In this document: positions 57,434-64,000 of the stretch, piece after piece
Position numbering within the stretch: the first letter of the stretch is position 1
Layout of the letters: each line of letters opens with the position of its first letter
Assembly (NCBI GenBank): GCA_005778355.1
Contig: SXON01000240.1
Span: forward strand, 8,938 to 72,937
Length of the DNA: 64,000 bases
Source of the DNA: Pseudomonadota bacterium
GTDB taxonomy: Bacteria; Myxococcota_A; UBA796; SXON01
Direction: 5' to 3'
Notes under the pieces: model-generated
Seen by the model: only the letters and a program-made list of their open reading frames with translations
Database searches by the model: none
What the model was told of the DNA's origin: nothing
Position numbers and translations under genes: made by a program

Positions 57434-58633
57434 ATGCGGAGCGAGCGCGCCACCATCTTCCTCGTCGGCGCGGTCCAGTTCGTCAACATCCTCGACTTCA
57501 TGATGGTGATGCCGCTCGGGCCCGACCTGTCCCGGGCACTGGCGCTGCCGGTCGACAAGATCGGCGTTGTGGGCGGGGCATACACGCTGGCTGCCGCGGT
57601 GTCGGGCATCGCGCTCGCCCCCCTCCTCGATCGCTTCGACCGGCGGGCCGCCCTCGCCACCTGCATGGCCTTGCTCGCGGTGGGCACCGTGCTCGGCGGC
57701 CTCGCTGTCGACATGACCACGCTCATCATCGCGCGCGTGGTGGCCGGTGCCGCCGGGGGGCCCGCCACCAGCCTCGCGTTGTCCATCGTGGCCGACGTCA
57801 TCCCCCCCGAGCGACGTGGGCGGGCCATGGGGGCAGTGATGGGAGCCTTCTCCATCGCCAGCGTGCTCGGCGTGCCGGCGGGGCTCGAAATCGCGCGCTT
57901 GCTCGACTGGCGGGCACCGTTCTTCGCCGTGGGCGGCGTGGGTCTCCTCATCACGGGCCTCGCCGCCTGGGCGCTGCCACCCCTGCGTGGCCACCTCAGC
58001 GGTACCCGTCGCGACACCTGGTCCGACCTGCTGGCGCTCGGGGGCGACCGGGCCTCGTGGACGGCGGTGGCGACCACCGCGGCGCTCACCTTCTCCGGCT
58101 TCATGGTGATCCCCAACCTGAGCGCGTTCATCCAGTTCAACCTGGCCTGGCCCCGCGACCACCTCGGTTCGCTCTACATGGTGGGCGGCGTGCTCTCCTT
58201 CGGCGCCCTGCGCATGCTCGGCCCCTTGATCGACCGCGTGGGCGTGCTCGCATTGAGCGTCGCGGGCACGCTCGGTTTCCTGCTTCTCGGCAGTGCCTGG
58301 TTCGTGTCGAGCCCGCCGCCACTGCCGGTGTGGGTGCTCTTCCCGGTGATGATGATCGTGATGAGCGCCCGCAACGTCGCGCATCAAACGCAGATGTCAC
58401 GGGTGCCACCGCCTGCCACCCGCGCCGCCTTCCAGTCGCTGAACTCCGCCGTGCAGCACCTCTCCTCGGCGGCGGCGGCGATGCTCGCGGCGGCGATGTT
58501 GCAGTCCTTGCCCGACGGGCGGCTGGTCCACATGGGCCGGGTGGCCACGCTGGCCTTGTGCGTGGCGGCCCTGGCGCCCTTGCTGGTGGCGAGCACGGAG
58601 CGGGCGTTGCGGCGGAGGGGCGCGGGGGGCTGA
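57434..58633 (+). CDS. MFS transporter
   Basis: Has about 12 hydrophobic spans. LLDRFDRR is an MFS motif-A-like loop. Confidence 0.75.
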   Translation: MRSERATIFLVGAVQFVNILDFMMVMPLGPDLSRALALPVDKIGVVGGAYTLAAAVSGIALAPLLDRFDRRAALATCMALLAVGTVLGGLAVDMTTLIIARVVAGAAGGPATSLALSIVADVIPPERRGRAMGAVMGAFSIASVLGVPAGLEIARLLDWRAPFFAVGGVGLLITGLAAWALPPLRGHLSGTRRDTWSDLLALGGDRASWTAVATTAALTFSGFMVIPNLSAFIQFNLAWPRDHLGSLYMVGGVLSFGALRMLGPLIDRVGVLALSVAGTLGFLLLGSAWFVSSPPPLPVWVLFPVMMIVMSARNVAHQTQMSRVPPPATRAAFQSLNSAVQHLSSAAAAMLAAAMLQSLPDGRLVHMGRVATLALCVAALAPLLVASTERALRRRGAGG

Positions 58634-58998
58634 GCCGGGTCAGGCTCCGCGCGGGCGCGCTCGTTTTCGCGCGGCCCCCCCGCGGCGAGTCGGAGCACAC
58701 TCGGAGGCGTCGGCATCGCGATCAGGTCGTGAGCGGCAATAAGTCACCGGCTCGACCGCGAGCCTCGGACTTACCGCCGCGATCCCTGAGATTCCTCGGC
58801 TTCCGAGGCCTGCGTGCCCTCGCCGGAATGGTTGGGGAACCGTGAAACGCCGGTAATCTCCCGACGGGATCGTCGTGAGCGAAGAACGCGCGGCGGCAAG
58901 TTCGGAGCTCGATGCCGAGCCTCCGAGCTGGTGCCGCGTGCCGCAATGTCGCGACACGAAGTCAACCTCATGGACGGGAACCCAGGAGCGCCGTGCGA

Positions 58999-59028
58999 GA
59001 CATCGACAGCGACAGCGACAGCGATGGC
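58999..59028. repeat. Hexanucleotide microsatellite gacatc (gacagc)3 gatggc
   Basis: Read directly. It has the same gacagc unit as 37122..37169. Confidence 0.85.
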
Positions 59029-59046
59029 CACGGCGTCATCGAGCCC

Positions 59047-59109
59047 CGCGCCCCAACCCCCTGCACCGAGTTCGCGTCCCGCGCCCCAACCCCCTGCACC
59101 GAGTTCGCG
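59047..59109. repeat. Tandem direct repeat cgcgccccaaccccctgcaccgagttcgcg x2 (33-bp period)
   Basis: The 30-mers at 59047-59076 and 59080-59109 are identical. Confidence 0.85.
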
Positions 59110-59204
59110 CCCCGAGCCCCGAGGTCGAGCCCCGAGAGCCCGAGCGCCGAGTTCGAGTTCGACCCCCGAGACCCCGACCCCCGATTCCGCGCCTGCGCCC
59201 CGCC

Positions 59205-62200
59205 CTACTTCTTCTTCCCCACCAGCTCCGGCGGCACCGTCACCTTGGGGATGTTCTCGTCCTTCACCTTGCCCGGGCTCGCGACGGCACCGAGCACGGC
59301 GGGACCCTTCTCAGCGTCGGCCGTGAGGCCAGGTCCCGAGCCAAACGGGTTCTGGTCCACGCTGTTCTTGACCGTCTCCTGCACCACCGTCTGCGCGATG
59401 TCTTCGAGAGGCTGCGGGTTGCCAACGAGGTTCTTGAGTGCGTTGTAGACCGTGGAACGGCCGCCAGGCGTGGTGCTCCACGGGACGAGCTTCGCGAAGT
59501 TGCGTTGGAAGTTGTTCCACGCGTTGCTGCTCGGGCCCGACGTCAGCGAGTTCTGCACGGCGGCCGGCGCCCGGCCGGCGAGGTTCGCCGCGCCGAGACC
59601 GATGGCCGACACGATCGTGCCCACCGCGCCGTTCATGAAGAACTCGCCCCAGTTCCAGCCTTCCTTGAAGTAGGCCACGTCGACCACCTGGTCGATGAGC
59701 GAGCCGATGAAGCTCGCGCCGCCCATGACGCCCACCTTGCCGCCGAAGGAAAGCGCCGCGAGCAGGCCACCCTTGGCGATGAGGCCCGCCGCGCCGCCGG
59801 TGACGGCACCGATGAGCGCGGTGGTACCGAGCTCCACGAGGTAGTCGCCGAAGTTGTCGAAGGGCTTCACGCCGGTCATTGCCCACATCGACATGTCGTA
59901 GGCGAGCTTGCCGGCCACCGCCGCTGCCGCCCCGACGAGGATCATGCCCACCAGGCCCACGCCGCCGGTGGCGATGGTGATGACGAGGACGACGACCACC
60001 GCCGCGAGAATCGCCAGCGCCTTCTTCCACCACGGCTGGATCTTGCTCGCCTCGGACTCCGCGGCCGTCGAGATCTCAGAGGGGAGCTTGGTGAGTGCTT
60101 GCGACAGCGACGCATCCACCTTGCCCTTCACGTCGGCCAGCTGGGCAACCATGCCGGCCTTGGCCTCCTCGGCGCCCTTCGCGGTGTTGTCCACCAGCCC
60201 ACGCGCACCGTCGAGGACACCGGTGGCGATCTCGGAGAGCTTGCCACCGAAGGCCGTGCCCAGCTCGGCCATCGAGGTGCCGGAGGCCGCGGCCGACTCG
60301 CTCATCGCGGTTTCCGCAGCGGTCCCGGCCTCGCCTGCGGCGGCGGAGGCCTGGGTGGCCGCGTCGTTGATGGTGTCGAGGCCACGCTGCAGGTCGACGT
60401 CGAGCTGGGCGAAGCCCGCGTCGACGATCTGGTCCATCTCGCCGAGCGAGGCGGCGCGGTCGGTCTCGATCTGGGCTTCCGCCGCCAGCGCGCCGGTCTC
60501 GAGCTCGCGCTTGTCGGGCAGGTCGCCGCCGGCAATCGTGCCCTGGAGCTGGGTGAGCATGGCGTCGAAGGCGCTGTTGAGCGAGCCCTCGCAGCCGCGG
60601 ATCTGCTGCTTCAGCGCCTCGCCCGAGGCGGCGAGGTTCTGCTTGACCGTGGCGCCGCGCGCGTCGAGGTCGGCGAGACCGGCCGCCTCCTCGGAGCTGA
60701 GCTGGGAAACCCCCTGTGCACGCACCGCCTCGATGCTCTCGTTGGCGGCCACGCGCTGCTGCTCCACCTGCGTGCGCGCCTGCTCGGCGGCCCCGGTGAG
60801 CTGGGTCTTGGCGTCGGCTAGCTGCTGCGTGAGCGCTTCCGACGCGGGGTTGATCATGTCGTCGACCTGCTGGCCGAGGCTCGACTTGCCCGCAGAGAGC
60901 TCATCGGCGATCTTGTTGGCCTCTTCCCGCATCCGCGCGGCGTAGTCGTTGGCCACCTTCTTGGCGGCGTCGTGACGGGCGCGGTTCCGGTCGGCCTCGA
61001 TGTCTTCACCGCCACGGGCCAGGTAGGCCGAGGCCTTGCTGTTGCCAGTGGCGAGGGCCTCACCAGCCTTCTTCTCGCCCACCTGGCGGATGTTGCCGAT
61101 CTCGCCATCGAAGGCGGTGTTGAACGCCGCGAGGGTGGTGGTGCGCAGATCACTGAGGCGCTTGCTCTCGGTGCCGAACCCGGTTTCCAGGGCGCCGGTC
61201 TGCGTCGCGAGGGCGCTATCGACCGCCGACAACGCCGTGCTCGCGTGGCCCTCGATCTCGGACAGCGCCGCCTGGGCACCTGCCTCTACCTGGGCCCTCG
61301 CCTGGGCAAAGCCGGCCGACACCTGCGCCTTGGCCTGAGCCACGGCGCCGTCGACCTGCGACACGCGCGCGGCCACCTCGGCATCGACCCGTGCGCACAG
61401 GTCGGCGGCATGCGTGCCCGCCTCGGCGCGGCCAATCGACACCTGGCCGCCGAGCGACGCCATCGTCGACTGGGCGAAAGCCGCGTGCGCCTCGGGCTTG
61501 GCGCCCGTCCACAGCTGGTAGAGCTCGCCCAGGAAGGGGTCGGCCCCCTGGACGCTGTCGCCGCCACCACCGCCACCACCCGCGGCGCCGACCGACGACG
61601 CAGCGAGCGCGGCACCGCCACCCCCGCCGGCCGCCGCTCCGCCGCCACCACCGGCTCCGCCGCCACCCAGCGCGCCGCCCTCGGCCGCCGCGCCCGCGGG
61701 CGGGCCGCCGGCCTTCTCGCCCTCGCCCTTCTTGCCCTCGGCATCAGCCTTGGCCCCGTCCTTCCCAAGCTTCGACGCGTCGAGCCCCGCGTCTTTGGCG
61801 GCCCTCTTGCCCGCCTCGGCGCCCTCCTTCTTCGCGGGCGTGTCGACGCCCTTGCCGCCCTTCCGGGCATCGGCGCCCAGATCGCCCCTGGGATCCCCCT
61901 TGGGCTCCGCGGGTGGACTTCCAGCTGGCTTACCGTCGCTCGGTTTCGCATCGCCCTTGGGATCGGCGGGCGGACCGCCGCGCTTGGCGTCGCGACCGTC
62001 GACATCGTTCGCACCCGGACCGGCGCCCTCGTCGTCGTCGTTCGCCGCAGGAGGACCACCCTTGGGGCCGCCCGGCGGCGTGCCGGCAGGGGGCCCACCC
62101 GGGTTGTTGTTGCCGCCAGGGGGGCCGGCCGCCGTGACGCCGCTCCCGGCCTGCTCGGTGCCCACGCCCGCGGTGTCTTCGTCGGTGGCCTGCGCGTCTT

Positions 62201-62363
62201 TCTCGGCGGCCACACGATCCTTCAACGCCGCCTGTACGGCGGAATTGCTCCTCGTGGCGACCGGGTTGCGAGGCGAACGAAGCTCGTTCTGCTCGGTGCT
62301 GACTTGCTGATCGCGGCTATCCGCGACCTGCTGGACCACAGGTTTCCGCGCGAGCACGGCCAT
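59205..62363 (-). CDS. Large protein: disordered P/G/K-rich N-region, ~500-aa Ala/Gln/Glu-rich helical region, glycine-zipper transmembrane cluster, small C-terminal domain
   Basis: 1052-aa ORF with GC3 bias. The N-region has GPPGGNNNPGGPPAGTPPGGPKGGPP and a poly-Gly/Ala tract. Helical repeats resemble apolipoprotein or tape-measure-like proteins. TM/glycine-zipper segments include ILAAVVVVLVITIATGGVGLVGMILVGAAAAVAG, IGAVTGGAAGLIAKGG and GGKVGVMGGASFIGS. Confidence 0.6.
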   Translation of the reverse strand: MAVLARKPVVQQVADSRDQQVSTEQNELRSPRNPVATRSNSAVQAALKDRVAAEKDAQATDEDTAGVGTEQAGSGVTAAGPPGGNNNPGGPPAGTPPGGPKGGPPAANDDDEGAGPGANDVDGRDAKRGGPPADPKGDAKPSDGKPAGSPPAEPKGDPRGDLGADARKGGKGVDTPAKKEGAEAGKRAAKDAGLDASKLGKDGAKADAEGKKGEGEKAGGPPAGAAAEGGALGGGGAGGGGGAAAGGGGGAALAASSVGAAGGGGGGGDSVQGADPFLGELYQLWTGAKPEAHAAFAQSTMASLGGQVSIGRAEAGTHAADLCARVDAEVAARVSQVDGAVAQAKAQVSAGFAQARAQVEAGAQAALSEIEGHASTALSAVDSALATQTGALETGFGTESKRLSDLRTTTLAAFNTAFDGEIGNIRQVGEKKAGEALATGNSKASAYLARGGEDIEADRNRARHDAAKKVANDYAARMREEANKIADELSAGKSSLGQQVDDMINPASEALTQQLADAKTQLTGAAEQARTQVEQQRVAANESIEAVRAQGVSQLSSEEAAGLADLDARGATVKQNLAASGEALKQQIRGCEGSLNSAFDAMLTQLQGTIAGGDLPDKRELETGALAAEAQIETDRAASLGEMDQIVDAGFAQLDVDLQRGLDTINDAATQASAAAGEAGTAAETAMSESAAASGTSMAELGTAFGGKLSEIATGVLDGARGLVDNTAKGAEEAKAGMVAQLADVKGKVDASLSQALTKLPSEISTAAESEASKIQPWWKKALAILAAVVVVLVITIATGGVGLVGMILVGAAAAVAGKLAYDMSMWAMTGVKPFDNFGDYLVELGTTALIGAVTGGAAGLIAKGGLLAALSFGGKVGVMGGASFIGSLIDQVVDVAYFKEGWNWGEFFMNGAVGTIVSAIGLGAANLAGRAPAAVQNSLTSGPSSNAWNNFQRNFAKLVPWSTTPGGRSTVYNALKNLVGNPQPLEDIAQTVVQETVKNSVDQNPFGSGPGLTADAEKGPAVLGAVASPGKVKDENIPKVTVPPELVGKKK

Positions 62364-62445
62364 GACGAACCCCGGGGCGACGAGATGGGCATGGCCAAGT
62401 TACAGCATCTTCGCGTGCTTTGCACGTCGATCCGGAGGTTTTTCC

Positions 62446-63054
62446 GTGAGCCACGCCGATTCGCGCCGCATCCTCCTCGCCGCCTGGAGCCCGCCTGCCC
62501 TCGGCGCGGCCCTTGATGGTTTCCAGGCCATCCAGGGAAAGGGCTCCGTGTCCGCCAAGTTCGAGGTTCGCACCCATCGAAACGGCTGGCTCGAGCTGCG
62601 CTGCCCGGTGTCAATGCCCACCTACGCCTTCCACAACCTCGCGGTGTGGCTCTCGGCCCCGCCCGACGTCGCCACCAAGCCGCGCGCGGTGGTGCTCGTG
62701 TCAGAGGGCACCGGCGACTGGGGCTACTGGCTCGTCCCTGGTCCGGACGACGCGATGCTCACCGGCGCCCGCAAGAACGGCGTGCCCTTCCAGGTCGACG
62801 TGCCGAGCGGCCGCAGCGTCGACGACCCCACCAAGCGACGCGCCCCGATGGCCACCGAGCTGGCGCTGGTGACCCTGGGCGTGCCCAGAGACATGCAATC
62901 CCCGCTTCCCGGGGGGCCCGAGGCCAGCTTCGAGCTCCAGATCCACCCGCATGACCCGCCCTGGTCGATCTGCGAGCCGGGACATTACCCGCCGCCGCAG
63001 GACGACGTGCCCAGCGGCTGGGGCTGGTTCCGCCGCTGGTGGCTGGGGCGCTAA
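62446..63054 (+). CDS. Hypothetical protein divergent from the 1052-aa gene
   Basis: The GTG at 62446 lies 7 nt after GGAGG. 202 aa, no recognised domain. The ATG at 62362 in the track would overlap the divergent start and lacks an SD. Confidence 0.45.
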   Translation: MSHADSRRILLAAWSPPALGAALDGFQAIQGKGSVSAKFEVRTHRNGWLELRCPVSMPTYAFHNLAVWLSAPPDVATKPRAVVLVSEGTGDWGYWLVPGPDDAMLTGARKNGVPFQVDVPSGRSVDDPTKRRAPMATELALVTLGVPRDMQSPLPGGPEASFELQIHPHDPPWSICEPGHYPPPQDDVPSGWGWFRRWWLGR

Positions 63055-64000
63055 CTACAGGCCTTCGAGCGCGGCGATGCACTCCTCGGCGATGCGCGCG
63101 CGGAGCTGCTCGGAGAGTCCCATCTCGTCGAAGAGCGGCAGGGGATCGGGCGCTTGCATGCCCGGGAGGTACTCGCCCCCCACCGAGCGAGCCAGGTGCC
63201 AGCAGGCGCTCACCGCCGCGCGCATGGCCGCGTCCTGGGCGGGTTCGCCGTGGCGCACCCGGTGGTGGTTGCCCGCCAGCACCTGGACCATCGGCGGCAG
63301 GCCCCACTTCTGTGCCGCCAGCTGTCCCACCGCCTCGTGTTCACGCTGGATGCGCTCCGCCTCCGTCGCGAGTGCGTGCGCGACGTCGCCCTCGTGTTCG
63401 CCTGCCACCCGCCACGCGAGCACGAACTCGCCGAGGTTGTGCAACAGGGCCGCCACGTACACGTCTTCCGGCCGGGCGAAACGCTGCCACTCCGCGAGTC
63501 GCCGCGCCACGCGCGCGGTGAGCGCCGCATTGCGCCACATGCCCTCGAAGAGCTGCTTCACATCGGCCTTGGGCGCGGTGAAGGTGCGGCGCAGTAGGCT
63601 CTCCAGCAGCAAGGCGAACACCTGCCGGTTGCCGAGGCGCACGCAGGCCTCGCGGATGTTGGTGACTAGGCGCGGCGAACGAAAGTACGCCGAGTTCGCC
63701 ATCCTGAGCACCGCCACCACCAGCGACGGGTCCTTCACGACGAAACGCTCCACGTCGTCGACGGGGCACTCCGGCCGCCCCATCATCTCCTGGAGCTCGG
63801 CGAGCCCCGGGTCGAGCGCCGGCAAAGCGTCGTCAATCCTCCCGCCATCGACCACAGCCGAGGGTCGGATGGCGGTGGCCTGGGCGCCAGTGATCACCCC
63901 ACCCGACTTGGTGGTCGGCGTGCCGATCTGGGCCTTGGCAAGGATACCGGCACCAGTCCGCCCGGCGAGCGCCGCGAGCACGTGCTCGGCACCGGGCGCC
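63055..64000 (-). CDS. HDOD-domain protein (N-terminus outside window)
   Basis: Contains DPSLVVAVLRMANSAYF, ALLHNLGEFVL and QREHEAVG.LAAQKWGLP. The frame is still open at base 64000. Confidence 0.7.
   Translation of the reverse strand, partial: APGAEHVLAALAGRTGAGILAKAQIGTPTTKSGGVITGAQATAIRPSAVVDGGRIDDALPALDPGLAELQEMMGRPECPVDDVERFVVKDPSLVVAVLRMANSAYFRSPRLVTNIREACVRLGNRQVFALLLESLLRRTFTAPKADVKQLFEGMWRNAALTARVARRLAEWQRFARPEDVYVAALLHNLGEFVLAWRVAGEHEGDVAHALATEAERIQREHEAVGQLAAQKWGLPPMVQVLAGNHHRVRHGEPAQDAAMRAAVSACWHLARSVGGEYLPGMQAPDPLPLFDEMGLSEQLRARIAEECIAALEGL

Noticed and set aside
62200-62363. DUF4157/eCIS-cargo-type N-terminal leader on the 1052-aa protein
   Set aside because: The resemblance is vague (a K/Q-rich start and NSAVQAALKD versus the GNQAVQRLL-type motif I recall). 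No DUF4157 HExxH domain is present and no contractile-injection genes lie nearby. The idea is unsupported without a profile search.
58875-62516. 648-aa and 514-aa plus-strand ORFs (58875..60821 and 60972..62516), and the 178-aa ORF at 58912..59448 reading DSDSDS through the microsatellite
   Set aside because: They are antisense to the 1052-aa gene or run through non-coding repeats. The compositions are Arg/Gly/Pro-rich and shadow-like.

Overview
High-GC DNA (about 70% by eye), almost certainly a Myxococcota chromosome. Support: a MYXO-CTERM-like tail on the 47466..49952 product, a Ser/Thr kinase, at least 14 predicted lipoproteins, and pervasive 4-nt start/stop overlaps with GTG/TTG starts. 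Core content: (i) a near-complete histidine pathway in two convergent operons, hisH-hisA-hisF-hisIE plus a small Cys-rich lipoprotein gene (17804..20671, +) and hisZ-hisG-hisD::hisC fusion-hisB (24961..20675, -); (ii) an envelope-precursor operon, PlsB-like acyltransferase-gpsA-like-murI-SGNH hydrolase (32892..37112); (iii) RNase G, an ABC-2 exporter, an OmpR-type response regulator, an arylsulfatase operon, an MFS transporter, and many secreted or lipoproteins (lamin-tail-domain arrays, FG-GAP, BNR/sortilin-like, amidohydrolase with TSP3 repeats, parvulin, trypsin-like and metzincin-like proteases); (iv) a vapBC module with a third coupled gene beside a tRNA-Leu(UAA). The best candidate for an undescribed system is at 1387..7567 (minus strand). 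It is a tandemly duplicated, translationally coupled cassette of three genes: a small beta-rich protein I cannot place in a family (B), a protein with a conserved N-terminal tag, a 5-Cys knuckle and an HExxH motif (C), and a small Cys-rich lipoprotein (D). B is conserved between copies, C is diverged and D is unrelated, a pattern reminiscent of effector/immunity loci. The second notable signal is an AT-rich TGATACA/TGTATCA motif. It occurs eight times, only in or next to the his cluster, mostly inside coding sequence via rare codons, and partly as perfect palindromes. No CRISPR array, transposase, integrase, rRNA or prophage was seen. All family calls come from motif recognition by eye, not from searches.
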